This document shows, in pieces, positions 36,319 to 50,511 of a DNA stretch of 64,000 nucleotides. Position 1 is the stretch's first letter, and every line of letters begins with the position of its first letter. The position numbers and the translations under genes are program-made. Source of the DNA: Glycera tridactyla. Taxonomy: Eukaryota. The stretch is from positions 44,826,001 to 44,890,000 of the forward strand of contig OZ286472.1 in the NCBI GenBank assembly GCA_965644265.1, given 5' to 3'. The notes below the pieces were generated by a model that saw nothing but the letters and a program-made list of their open reading frames with translations, had not been told where the DNA came from and did no database searches.

Positions 36319-38828
36319 AAAACAACAGAATAATTGATACGATTGTATATATACTTCATGAGAATAATGATGTTTAGTTGTTGCACGAGGTAATAGCCCA
36401 TGTGAGTTGAATATGGTGAATGCATTCGATATCACCGGTCCTTGCTTTTGTACAACACGTGAACCAATCCATAATTGAAGTCGCAGTCATGATGTTCATA
36501 TAATCATGAGCTTGTACATAAGATAATCTGTTGTATACCACGATATTACGGCCGAATATCCGTAAACTTTTTGGCTACTGATCCACTACTTCAGGACCAC
36601 GATTGCATGTCTTGTCCATCAACTAAATTATCTATTTTCATACGGACTAATTGAGATGTGATAATCTCAGTAGAGCTAAGTGGAACCTAACTCACGCAGA
36701 ATATTCTGGTTTGATGCTAGGGGAAACCTTACTCACGTAGAATACTCTGTTTTTTCTATTGGCATGGTGTGCAAAATTCATTTTTGGGGAGGAATGTCAG
36801 ATGAAAATACAGATACAGTGAAGCTCTCTATGAGAGGATGGATTTCTGCGAGGCATGATTGTTGCGAGGCTCGATTCCTGCAACAAATACGCCATAAATA
36901 CCAAGGTCAAAAAGATATGAATCAGCCAAGGATTAATCTATCCTCCCGGGTGTCGATTCTTGTCGCCCTCTTCGTCCATGTTTTCAATGATTTACCTCCT
37001 TTGCTAACTCTCGGACCAGAAGATGGACAGTATGTGTCAGTAAGTAAACTAAAGAATGTTTGGGATCGATCAAATTACAGACATGGATGCCAGATCTCAA
37101 GAGACATTCAAGTTGGGAAATATTCGACGATTATCTGATTGTGTGCGGGTTGGATCTGGATGCGTGCTGTCTGAACGAGGATATTCTAGAGTTGAATCTA
37201 ACATCTTTTTGTTATCAAGAACATTGAGTGGACGTCCTAAACACGCCCTAATGTTTGTGGGGAGGTCAGCTGTGTTGTTTCTATGGTCGGATAGTCTGAC
37301 ATCTTGTGATAGATAATTAACTGTGATATGTTGTTTTTATTTGATTTTCGCGTTCCAATATTGTGTATTCGATCGTATTGTGACACTGAGTTACAGTGTG
37401 AAGAACTGTGCGTCTTATAATATTGCATCTTTCGTGATTACTGCTTGGAACACAGGCGCGAACCGTGGCGAGAATGCATGGTGTCGACAAGTGTCGAACA
37501 CATGACATGTGTGATGACCCAATTTCTCGCAATAGCATCCGCTGATTTAATTCGACAATCATGGACTATTTGATTACATCATTTCAGAGATTAAGTCATT
37601 ACGCACTTTCGGATATCCAATGCCACGGATTCGTTTTTCTCACAGTATATCTTGGATTTATCTCATGAACGCAGCAGTGCCTGTACCATATTTTAGTACT
37701 GATTGCGAAGCCATGGCGCACCAATATACACCTGATTTAAGGTTTTTCCCAGAAGAATGGAAGTGAGATCATATCATAATTTTGCCAGGACACGTCTTTT
37801 TCATGTTACCAGTAGTATCAATTCCGCATTCATTCGTCGCCAGAGGTATAGGGCATTCCAAATCATCTTGGCATTCAACTTAAACCGCGGTCCAAATACG
37901 CGGAAAACGGAAATCGGCCTTTTTCACAGCGGACCAATGTCTAACATCACCATGCGCTCTTTCTTCTCAAAAGTGGCATTTCATCAGCGATACACTGCTC
38001 TGCCGAAATGGGGCCGTGATTTCAGGTTTGATAATGACAAGAAATGATGAACAAGATTCCCCATTTACATGTGGCGGTCGGCTTTCTTTCAGCCGAGTAA
38101 AGAACCTGAAATGATTTCCAAGCAGTATTCGTTTTAATTTTACCTTGACATTCATATTCTTGACTTGTAGATTAGATGGTCATCGTAAAGTGTAGTTCTC
38201 AATTGATGCACGGATTAAGTTTGTAATGATACTTGACTTTTTATTTTATCATATTTTGGATCATGTCGAAGATATTTCCACACACACAATTGGCCCATGA
38301 AGCTGCTTTTCCCTTGAAATGTACCATGATCCGTGTATTATACGCAGTATTTATATAACAAGCTTATTGTTGGAGCTGTGTACCCTCAATGTATTTGAAG
38401 TACTTGATCCTAGCATCATAATGTTACACACGATCTGAATACTTTTACATCAGTGTCGATGTTTGTTAATAAATGTTGAAAAAAGACATTCATTAGTTTG
38501 GATTATAGCCCTCTCATTACTATGCGGAGTTGGGGATGGGGTTGTGAGGGGGGGGGGGGGTTATGTTGGCGTCATGTTGACGTCATATTGAAGTCCCGTT
38601 GCTCAGCCACTACGGAGCCTGGCCCCTTGAGATTTGGCAAATATATACTACGATGAAGAATCCAGCCACCATTGGTGCAACAACCTAATATTCAACTTAA
38701 TATTGGGTAGAAAACTGGGCTTTCTGAAATGATGGGACTTTTCCATTAGGAACCGAACTCTGATGATCCAAGTGATTCAAGTTCAGTTTGGTGTTGATTC
38801 GTCATAGGTATATCTATCACCTATGATT

Positions 38829-38936
38829 GTATCCTCCCATGGGGGACTATCATGTGTTAGATTTCGGGGCAAAATGTGATTAAAAAAACCTGGACATTCC
38901 AGGACTCGGTCACATAGTCCCCCATGGGGAGGATAC
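38829..38936. repeat. Inverted repeat (22/23-bp arms), MITE-like
   Basis: GTATCCTCCCATGGGGGACTAT vs ATAGTCCCCCATGGGGAGGATAC (one extra G). Confidence 0.8.
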
Positions 38937-41929
38937 AGGTGCCTTTGATAGCATTCCCTAATGAAAGCCAGCCATTTATGGGGACTTCTGATAACACTGA
39001 TCAATGGGCCTGATTCATCTGGGTTAATTTCTTTCAGAAATAGAATTTTCTGATAAAGTTAAGCCATCCTTGGGAATATCTGACAAGCCTGATTGATTTT
39101 AGGGACACTATTGAGCTTGAGGCTGTCCCTAGTCACACCAAACTTGACACAGATGGATATCCCACCATTCCCAAACGAATGCCAGCCATCGATGGAGTCC
39201 TCCATCAAGATTGATTGACTTTTGGAATAGAAATTATCTTCAATGAATTGTGCTTTCCTCTGTGCATACCACCAACATCAATCTCTTGGCTGTATACAGT
39301 CATCAGTGCAGCCATCTATTTCTGATCGGTTACCCGCTTTCTGACCTCAAAAGAATAAGCATGGGCCAAGAAAGTCGGTTTGTCAGGGTCTATGTAAACA
39401 GAGAATACTACGGTCACCTATTATTTGAAGAGTGATATTTATTTGTAATTATATATATATATATTATAGCAAAACAAGAGCACCATATTGATAAACAATG
39501 ATCTTGATTAGTAGTATGATATATCCCACATTACACAGTTAGTAAATGCCTGTTTCTCAACATCCATATTATGGAGAACAGTAAATGATCATGCAAATAA
39601 CAAAACACATACAGCAGACATGGTCCCAGTAACTTTCAAGCAAACAAAACAGAGATGTGGCGTTTACGTCTGATATATCATGTCATGCATGCATGTGCCA
39701 CATGAGACGTAAATATGAACCAAGGAGGGAAATTGCAAGATTGGGGATAGAGCTGTTGGAAAAATCATGCCAGGGAAACAAATATTTACTTTCCTATTAC
39801 ATATGTTCACATCGCTGCCATATCCTCTTGGTTCGCAAAATAAACTAGATGCCAAATATGCATGGCCTGACGGTATCTCGTGAAGTTCACTGGATATCCG
39901 GGTTTGTATTGTGATGCAGTGTTTATTCGCACAGAACATGCCCTGAAGAGGTGGTATCATTAATTTTTCTTTTTCTCCGTGTATCCTGGAGCACACAAGT
40001 AATCGTTCTCTGTGTCGTTACTGCAATTTGATACCAAACTATATCATGCATCTGGTTTTCCTTCATCTATTTCAATTCAAATGGATTTATGCAGACAATT
40101 TCAACAGATTCATCCGAGCAGTTACATTTCCTCAGTAAACGTAAAATGGTCTCGTATTGCCAATCAGGTGAAATGAGCTCATTGCTCCGATGTCTCAATT
40201 TCGAATGGAGCCATCATGTCAGAATTGCTGGAAGCCCTCGAAAAACGGTACAGAACTCATTTTAATGAATTCCCCTATGCGTCCAACCATAATTTCCCGC
40301 TATATGAACTGGTGACCACAGCTCAAGTGAAACTCACTCAAGGATTAACCGCCTCTGAACTTCTCAGTGATTTGCTTTTGGCCAACCCAATTTGCGATGG
40401 CTGATGATGAGCCGATGAAGCTATTCAGTAGTATCTTCATTATGTTGTCAATTGGTGCACCAGAATAATGAACCATCCTTCGCAGGTCCTGAACATAGTC
40501 ATTGCTTCATGCTAGTATCTTTAGTGGTTCAGTATCGAAAAATGAAGCAGGAAAAGAAGGTATTATTCACACACTAACGTACTCTGGGCATGGTCAGACG
40601 TATAATGGCACATCATAGACATCATTGCGAGAGACAGCACGTTCTTGGACGCAAATCTCCCCTAGGTGAAATGATCAATTGCGGGTCATATATGCCTATT
40701 CAGGTTCCTATGCTAGATGGACTGCATTATAATTATCTCTCGATTTCCTCTCCGAATGCTGATTTTAGCACTGTCTCTGGTATATATCACATTTGTTACA
40801 GGGTGCTCGATAGGGTGATTGAGCAATCAATCAATCAATCAATCGATTGATCGATCAATCCATCAGTATGCTAGTGCTATTTCGCAGACCGACAGTGTCA
40901 GCGAATTGAATGAAGGATCTGATTGTATGCTTCATATTAACGTCATCTTTAAAGCAAAGGCAATCAATATGGCACGCCCAGGGTAGATTTACGATAGAAC
41001 ATGGCATCCTTGCGACAAGCAAACATAAACAATAAATTCTCGTCACATCATATGTGGGACAAAAGTGTTTACATCATATTCAAGCATTGCTAAAAAATAA
41101 ACCATCACCAGGGAACAGAACAACAGAATAATGCCACGATCTAGTGAGACCCATATTGATCTGGATTACAGGGTAACGATCCTTCGTAGACACCGATGAA
41201 ATCCACCAAATACAGAATGACATTTCTATTCAATACATCATTCTTAGCACGTGTATGTACATCAGTAGTCAGCCAAACAGGTCCAACATCTCGGAACGAT
41301 TATCAATGCAGGTAACCTAAATCACGAAGGGTACGGAATTCACGTGGGGTTCAACAGGGTCGGACGCCAATCAATCGAACAGGCTTTCAGGAATCCAAAA
41401 ACTGCTTCGAGTACCAGTTCAAGTCTCTTTTGTATCCATGTCACGGATATGAACTTTAATGCCGAGTATAACCGCAAAATAGTGAACTCTCAAATTTTGA
41501 GAAAATTGAGATATCGATATATGGTCTGGGGCATTATTTGAACCGGATAGGGGGCATTTATATTTCAGCCTGATTAATCTTGATGTTGAGGATTACATGC
41601 ATAGGGCCTCTCTCCGGCCATATTCCCGCAACCTGTCCGGATCTCTAGGTGGGATATGCTAAACATGATTCGATCCATTGAATATAGATTTGTTTGATAA
41701 TATAGGATATCAACATTCAGTTTCTGAAATTTCCACCAGGGTTTCTCACTGTATTGACACGAGGTGGCGCTTGCAGTGAGCTGACTTCCACTATCTGTTT
41801 CCACCACTATCATGGATTGTGAATTTCCCACCAGTATAAAAGGCTCTGTCTAGCTGTTGCATATATTTTGATTGAGTTATTGTATCAGTCATCTAGCGAA
41901 GGAAGAGGAACAATCATATCCAATAGTTG

Positions 41930-42060
41930 CCACTGGGAATCACTCTAACCAGTAGGTACCTCACCAAATTGCTGTTAACGTCTATCAGGACAATGCGGAT
42001 CCTTGCACCCAGCTATTTGAACACAATGTGCGAAATACTGAACAGAAGCCTGACTCATCT
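41930..42060 (+). mobile_element. Possible L2/CR1 ORF2 C-terminal relic
   Basis: KLLLTSIRTMRILAPSYL resembles the L2 motif KILLLTYKALHGLAPSYL; short match. Confidence 0.3.
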
Positions 42061-42700
42061 CACTATCAACTATATCTTGTGTCCTCACCAAGGCAGCCAT
42101 GTGATAATAGGCACTGTATGTCATGGCAAGCCATCCATTCAAGTATGACATTATGTTATAACAGTTCATTATTTCAGCCCACGAGATGATGCACAATATA
42201 ATAACGTGGTATATTAGGTACGTGGTCATGGCAGTCCATTAGCTGTGATCACATCAACAAGGCCAATTGTCCAACGGACATATCTGGAATTGGCAGGCCC
42301 GATAATTAGAGCTAGATGATCAAACATATCACATATTGCTATTTACCCTGTGTTTGTCATTATCAATCTGGTATCCACGGCAGTGCGATATCAAAGAGGA
42401 AATTATCCAAGGTTGACAACGCTGGAATGAAAGTGTTTTTCGAATGTTGTGTGTTGGACAGCCAACCAAACCACTATAGATACCACAGTGATAATGACAG
42501 GGATCTTCACCCAATCACTGAATAAAATCAAATCAATCAAACAACCTGTACTGATCATTTCGCGCCAACAGTAATGACCTATCTTCTTGGATAGGATTGG
42601 GTCTTCACTGCTTGATACTTTGATTGCCATTGCTTGAATGATTCGCAGTATTCAGTGATTAGGCAATAACCCCGGGGGATGTGTGATATATGTTTCAAGC

Positions 42701-45700
42701 TCACGTAGGCGGACCGCCATCATGATGGAGCATAACTTCTAGTGAATTCTCGAATCGGTTTGCTAAGAGGCACCCTAACTCATCATCGGCCATAGGTACC
42801 AAACAGGCGATGCCCAAAAGAAGCAGCATCAGAACTTGCATAGGAATGCAACACTTGCACATACGGGATATCAGCGCACGCTCTGCAGTCGTTGCCATGA
42901 TGTGTGTAAATTCATCGAATTCACTGTCGGCAGAGGCAATACGCACAGCAGGTCCCTCCGGAGTGAGGGTCATAACGTGAGCCCATTTGTCTTCCTGGTA
43001 CCCAGCTGCAGCCAGGAGAGCCTGCTGTCTGGCTCGCTCACGGGCTTTCAGTCGGGCACGGGTGCTAGTAGCAGTACTTGTTGGTACTCCGATTTCATGA
43101 CCTTGAAGTCGTCTTGCAGCCAGCTCTGCCCCATCTGCAGTGCTGCGTCTCCCGGAGTCTATTGATCGTGAATCAAGCAATGCTTGGTCATCTGAATTCG
43201 CACGTGCCAAAGCCCCAGAACCACTAGCTGCATACCTGCCACCACGTCCTACTGAGGAGCCATCCACTGCTGACCTACCCCCTACCATTCTGCTGGAAGA
43301 TTCAGTATGTAGTAGGAGGAGTCTCTCCCGTGCAAGCATCTCACGAGAGGCATCAGAAGACTGAGAGAAGATATTTAATGGGCCAGAATGACGTGTCTGT
43401 GATGCTCGTGAACACATACTAGCGCTGACAATCACCATACATGATATTTCACTTTCCTTCTCAACTGAAGTACTCTCTCTTAATCTTGCCAACTCTTCTG
43501 AATGTGAGATATTTGACGCTCTATCACCTGATAAACTCTCAGTATTCACAGTGTGAGATTCGCCATCCCTGCTTGACAGTGTGTATGCTTCACCTTCTCC
43601 TTCCAACATTCCCGAGCCACTTTCAGAATGACCAAGTGAGGTATACCCTGATGAATAAGTACCGTACTCTCTAAATGACCATGCCTGTGTGTCCTCAGAA
43701 TAACCACCGAATACCACGTCGGTTTGAGAGGCCCTGCTTGGCCGCCCAAGCATCGTATCATAATGAAAGTATCCGAGTAATCCTGTGGCCCATTCCATTG
43801 ATGTGCTGGAATGCATACCAAGTCCTTTCATATGTAATGAGCTCTCGCTAACGTCACCGTGTTTGATGCCAGATTGTGACTCCCAACCTATTGATGGAAT
43901 GGATCCAGACAATTGAGGATCCATCTCGGTGGAAGCATTTTTCTTAATCGATTTCAACAATGCTGATGAAGAATCTGATACCGAGACTGGAGCATGTCCA
44001 TCTTCCGGGAGTGTCTGTGTTCCTTGTGTGAGGAGTACTCTTGAAGTACTTGGTAATGGTGCCATATAAAATAATTCATCAAGCTCATCATCTTCCTCTG
44101 TCTCCTCATCAGCGGTGTTCTCAAGCTCGCCTTCTTCACCAACCACGCTTTGAAACCAAGCTTTACCATCTTTGGGCCGCTGGATAGTTGTCTTGGTTCC
44201 TACCTCAGTGTATTCGGTACCTTCTCGGATAATCGCTCTCATGATGCGCTCCCGTTTGGAGCCAGTTTGGGACCCTATTGTCACTGCATCTGCATCTGTG
44301 TCTGCTGCAGAGATGCTTGATCCCGGTGGACCAAACTGAGCAGCCCCAGCCAATGGAGATGTAACGTACAAGCCATCTGATGCATCACGCCCATCAGCTG
44401 TCACCTCAAACACAGGCACCCCTGGTCTGTAACTCACTGCCATTGATGACATCGTGTTCAAGATATCCGTTTGTGAACCCGCATCAGCCATGTCCAGTGA
44501 CTGTTCAGTTTGACATGCAGAATGACTCATCTTAGTCAATCTCCGTTTGGGGGTTTCAGAGCTGGCTTCCCCTGATCGTCCACCTTTGAGATAGGTTTTG
44601 GCTTTTGTGCCGTCGAAATCGTCACCCAAACTGGAAATTTTATCATGTTCTACTTTATCTGCTTTGACAGGGGTACTGGTCTGCTCCAGTAGATGCTTAG
44701 ACAGGTGTGATTTCCTCTTACTCCCTGGACTTAAAACATCTCTGGCATCTGACCAGACATTCTGACTACTGACCGACGAATGGGTGATTGTCTTTGAAAC
44801 GGCACATAATTCCGAACTCATTCCAGATAGGTCACCCTTTGCCTCTTTAGTTGGGGGGCTTACCCCATTTTTCTCTCCCAAACCTGAGCCTATGGCAATC
44901 AAGTCAGATGATTTATATCTCGTCGATGACTGGTCTGACCCCTCCCTGGTGGCAGTCAAGCTCTCTCCAATAGTAGTCGACTTTTCCAATTTCGAATTTG
45001 TTGTATATGGTTCGCCATTTGTTTCAAACATGAATAACAAGGATTCATCTTGAGGCTTCACCCAGGATGTCAGTGTTTCCTCGGACAGTTTAGCAGCAGG
45101 GTCGCTTGATTTGTACATCTCTGATGTATCACTGAACGGAAGTGAGTCTGATTTCTGATCACTTGCTGATGCCGAATCCGTATATGCTCCAGTTTCCGCA
45201 TCATGGAAGCCATCACGTGACTTGATGTCCTCGGAAATCACTGTTTTTATATGAGTTTCAGCCAAATTCTCTCCATTGCTATCACCAAGAGAATGGTGTT
45301 TATTTCCCTTTTCTTTGTCGTATTCTGAGTGATTCATACCTTCTGATTCACCTTCCATTTGACCTATACGCCTCTGCAGTTCTTCATACTGTCGCTGCTT
45401 CTCCAGATCTTCTTCCATCAATTCTCCTGTTGGCTTGTGTCTTGGCCTGACGGTTAGTTCCTCTCCACTCGTGAGGAGCGAGTAAATGCTCTCGTCTCGC
45501 TCAGTGAGTCCCGATGTTTCATCTGAATCATCTTTCATCCCCGAACCACGGCCATACTTCCCTTGCATGTCACTGTGTCGTGTCATCTGTCTAGGAGGTC
45601 GGTAAGGCAATCTATCCAGAAGCCATTCTTCTTCTTGGTCCTCAGTACTGCCAGTGGGCGCCGATTCATCTTCTGCAGTTGATCTCCCTTCTCTATGTTC

Positions 45701-48700
45701 TACCCCAATGATGTCCTGCTCATCATGAGACACCTCATAGGCACCTGTATCTTGAGACCCTCTGATATCCGTTGGCAGTATGAGCACTGAAGGGAGGTTT
45801 TCGCCCAGAGGGCGATCACCCTCAGCAAAAAATGAAGTATCTGGGGATTCCTCTGCAAGGTGATATGTGGACCTGTTTTGGATCATGAGATGCTGGTCTC
45901 TAGGAAACCTTGTCCCTGCTGCTCCGAATTCTCCCTCATAGCCCTGTATCAAATCGTCTGCCCTTTCTATTGCATTAGTGTCGATTCCAGTATATTCTGG
46001 CTCTCTGGTGCCAAGATAGGGGTCGTCTTGGGATTCTTTGTGGACTGGGTCAGAATGTTTCACCTGATCTTGAGAAATGTCATTTGCATCACTGATATTT
46101 TCTGATGCACGTGGAGGAGATGGAGCATGTCTCCCTATACCATGTTTTTTTGTGGCTATATCTGTAGATGCTGAATCTACCTTCTCACCAACATTATCAG
46201 CTTGTGATACTGCGGGTTTAACACATTCATCTTGGTCATCTCGCTCAGTCACCACAACACCCGATGATAGACGATCATCTATTTCTACTCCATCATCAGC
46301 TTGGACAGGCGATAGATCATCATCCGCTTCACCTCTAGTGGTTGTATAACTGCTAGAATGTGAGAGAACAATACTCTTGCCATCTCTACCTGTGCTGGTC
46401 ATTGCAGATAGTGCACGATCTTGCCCATCAGTGTTTTCTGTGTCCTGACCATCTCCATCAGCACTTGAAACCATCGATGACCGAGATATTCCCTTACTAC
46501 CTTCTTCCGAAGCTGTATCAAGTGTCTTTTCCCCGCCTTCAATAGTGACTGAATATGTATCCGACTCCGAGACCTCATCTGTCTGTCGTTCAGTGATTGA
46601 TACATCCATTTTGCCAGATCTATCAATGGTTGACTCTCTGTATTGTAGAGGATCCTGTTCATCTCCCTCACTGTCACTTTTATTGGATGCCATGAGATTC
46701 TTATCACCATCTCTATTGGTGGCTGAAGACTGTGAATTTTTTCGCTCCCTGTCACTAGCAAGAAAGCTGGGGAGTAGGGCATCATCTTGATCACATTCAC
46801 CCGTAGATGGCTGCTCAGACGTTCCACTATCTTTATCAGTGACTTTTGCTGCGGATATGTTAGGATAATCTTCAATGTTTCCTTCAGTTTCCGAGCCTAT
46901 GGATGATACGCAGGTCTTTTCATCAGTTTCAACAATACCCAGCGTAGATGATGAATCTTTATGAACACTCTGCTCCTTTTTATCCTTCTCGTCAGCAAAA
47001 GGCAAATGAACCTCCCCAGCTCTATTAGTGCTTGGAGAGAGCAAGACCTCTTTGTCCTTGTCAGTAGCTGCACCTTCAGGAGTCAGGAAACCATGACCTT
47101 CCTCTCTGCCTGTGGTTGGTAGAGAAAGTTTGACATCAGCTCTATCAGTGGATGGTGCCACCGATATCTGACCTTCATCATTTCTCTCAGTGGTGTTGCC
47201 TGAAGATGAAACAATGTTCTCCTTGCCATCTTCACCCATTTTGGAAATTGTTGACGACACCACATCCACGTTTTCCTTTTTATCTGAATGTGCATGAGAC
47301 AGGGGAGCTTTTTCATCATCTGGATGACCCGCCTGTAGACTCCCATCTTCACTAATGTCAAGGTTTGACAGATCCACTTTGCCAGTCGCTTCATCGGCTG
47401 GTCCCTTTTGTGCCTCAACACCTTCATCACTTTTACTCTCATCAGGAGGGAATATGAGATTACTTTCATCATCTTTATCAGTGACTGCAATTGTAAATGA
47501 TGAAGGTTCTTCTTCGACATCGTCATCAGTGATGGAGTCTTTGGGATGAGGTGAACCCTCTTCATTCTCCTTCCCAATGAAGGAGAAAGGTCTTTTTTCA
47601 TCACCTTTATCAGTGGCCAAAAACTCTTTGTCCTTGTCAGTAGCTGCACATTCAGGAGTCAGGAAATCATGACCTTCCTCTCTGCCTGTGGTTGGTAGAG
47701 AAATTTCGACATCAGCTCTATCAGTGGATGGTGCCACCGATATCTGACCTTCATCATTTCTCTCAGTGGTGTCGCCTGAAGATGAAAAAATGTCATCCTT
47801 GCCATCTTCACCCATTTCGGAAATTGTTGACGACACCACATCCACGTGTTCCTTCTTATCAGTGTCTGAGAGTGCATGAGACAGGAGAGCTTTTTCATCA
47901 CATGGATGACCCGCCTGTAGACTCCCATCTTCACTAATGTCAAGGGTTGACAGATCCACTTTGCCAGTTGCTCCACCGGCTGGTCCCTTTTGTGCCTCAA
48001 CACCTTCATCACTTTTACTCTCATCAGGAGGGAATATGAGATTACTTTCATCATCTTTATCAGTGACTGTAATTGTAAATGATGAAGGTTCTTCTTTGAC
48101 ATCTTCATCAGTGATGGAGTCTTTGGGGTGAGGTGAACCCTCTTCATTCTCCTTCCCAATGGAGGAAAAAGGTCTCTTTTCATCACCTTTATCAGTGGCC
48201 AAAACCCCTTTGTCCTTGTCAGTAGCTCGGCCTTCAGAAGTCAGGAAATCATGACCTTCCTCTCTGCCTGTGGTTGGTAGAGAAAGTTCGACATCAGCTC
48301 TATCAGTGGATGGTGCCACCGATATCTGACCTTCATCATTTCTTTCAGTGGTGTCACCCATTTTGGAAATTGTTGACGACACCGCATCCACGTCTTCTTT
48401 TTTATCAGTGTCTGAAAATGCATGAGACAGGGGAGCTTTTTCATCACATGGATCACCCGCCTGTAGACTTCCATCTTCACTAATGTCGAGGGTTGACAGA
48501 TCCACTTTGCCAGTCGCTTCATCGGCTGGTCCCTCATCATCAGTGATGGAGTCTTTGGGATAAGGTGAACCTTCTTCATTCTCCTTTCCAATGGAGGAGA
48601 AAGGTCTCTTTTCATCACCTTCTTCAGTAACCAAAAACTGCGGATCCCCTTCATCGCCGGTGATGGCACCGACTCTCGGAATTAGGATATCTTCTTCATC

Positions 48701-50511
48701 ACCTCGGTCTAGGGATGGCAGAGAAAACTTCTCTCCATCTTTGTCATTGATCGATGTTGGTGATGTTTGAAGAAGTCCTTCTTCTCTTTCGGTAGGAGTT
48801 GGACTAATGGGTGACTGAAGGCCCTTTTCACTATCTCCGACAGTGCCCATGGCTAAGGACGATACATGTCCAACATCACTGCCACTGGTCGATGCTGTAA
48901 GAGGCACATCTTTTTCGCCATGTGCAGTTAGCACAGTGTGGTCAACTGTTGTTTGGTATTGTGTTGAAGGTGTGCCAACTGTCGTTGTATCCGAAATCCT
49001 GCCAGGTGAATCAGCATCATCAAAATCGACATGTTCACCCTCACTATTGAATGGCGAATAAGAACCGGGGACGATGCTATCAAACACGCTGTCACCATCA
49101 CCTCCCACCACATTTCTCGATGCATCATCACTTATACCATCTTGAGCGTCATTACGAACACCTGCAGGGTCAGTGGAGACTACTGGTGACGATGATGGCT
49201 GAGAAGTATCAGATGTTTGACTCAGGGGTCTAGTGATACTCGGGCGTGTTCCATCGACTCTTATAAAATACTCATCATGCTCAGTAACTACATCTGTTCT
49301 CAAGTGCACAGAAGATGGCTTGGCCAATTCCTCATCAGCACTATCACTAGTGGCCATAATGCCAGCAGTCCCGACTGTCGTGCTGTGGGCTGATTTAATG
49401 ATGCTGTCACCAGATTGAGAATCGGTGTCATTTTCACCCTCATAAATTTTATCATCAGACGTTATGACTACGCTACTTTCCGTGTCACTCAACAACTTTT
49501 TCTCATCCTTGCCAGATATGGTCCCATCGTGCTCTGATGTCGGCCAACCATGACCATCTGACCCACTTTCAGTTTGTTTCTTAGATCTGCCATCAGGTAT
49601 TTCTACTTTTGACGTATTCAGTTGATTGTCAGGTGGCTTTCTAAGTAGTTCGGTGGTCTCAATCATACTTGCCCGTGGTCGAGATGGATCCCCTTCTTCC
49701 CAGGTTAGCACTTCTGCACCAGCTCCAGACTGTTGTTTAATGGAATTTTCAGACTGCCGGGGATTGACGCTGCCACGACCAGAGACATCTGTTCCAGAGT
49801 CTCCTGGCTTATTGACTCCTTGTATATCCTCGTCATCTGATCCATTATTTGCCTCTTTGTCAATTCTTTGTTCTATTGACTTACCATGACCATCGGCCTG
49901 CCCATCACCACCATACTGCTCTGCTGGGTCATCTATGATGGCCCAGCCTCTCGAATCGCGAATCACATATTTAAGTGCTTCAGTGTCTTGTGAGCTGAAT
50001 TGACCTTCAGGTACCTCATCCATATTCACGTCACACACTACCTCTCCCTCTTGCCCAGAGGCTTTACTTCGCTTAGACTGTTTGTTACCCATGTCCGATT
50101 CTTGTATGCTATCTTCACTCCTGTCACAAACTTTATGGATACTTTTCGGAACTGTTTGGGCTCCTTCACTATTATCTTGTTCATCAGTTACTGTAGGATG
50201 GGAATCTGGGATATTCGTGTCTGCTGTGTGGTGTAGTGGTGGGGAACGCCTCAGACCGTCGGTTAAAACAGCAACCTCTGATGATAATCCACGAACAGCG
50301 GATGCTAAACTTCTCATCAATCTCAGATCGGCATCATCAGAAGCTGTTGTTGCATCACTGTATGCTGGTAATGTTTGCCTGACTTCTGGTGTCACCTTCA
50401 GGTAGGTGATGTAAGTATCCTGAGATGGGCTCGTCCTACCGTCATCATCCTCATCAAGGTCTTCTTCATCACCATCTTCATCACCAGATTTATTACTGCA
50501 TGTCTGCTCCA
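42701..50511 (-). CDS. Giant terminal exon of a KASH-domain outer-nuclear-membrane protein (nesprin/Klarsicht/ANC-1 class)
   Basis: 7.8-kb open frame with acceptor atcatttttatctttgcag|TG at 50512 (phase 1). C-terminus has a TM helix (IPMQVLMLLLLGIACLVP) and a luminal peptide ...ELGCLLANRFENSLEVMLHHDGGPPT* of KASH type. The remainder is acidic and low-complexity. Confidence 0.9.
47040..48625 (-). repeat. Coding tandem repeat: three units (one shortened, then 582 and 576 bp; 194 and 192 aa)
   Basis: Anchor GTCAGTAGCT at 47060, 47636 and 48218; peptide DEKRPFSSIGKENEEGSP...GQISVAPSTDRADV recurs; all indels keep the frame. Confidence 0.92.

Noticed and set aside
36680-37138. 152-aa plus-strand ORF
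   Set aside because: GTG start, no recognisable domain or splice context; likely chance or decayed repeat.
42836-50405. Numerous short ORFs overlapping the KASH exon, including 47083..47649, 47659..48186 and 48241..48669
   Set aside because: Shadow frames of the long exon and its repeats.
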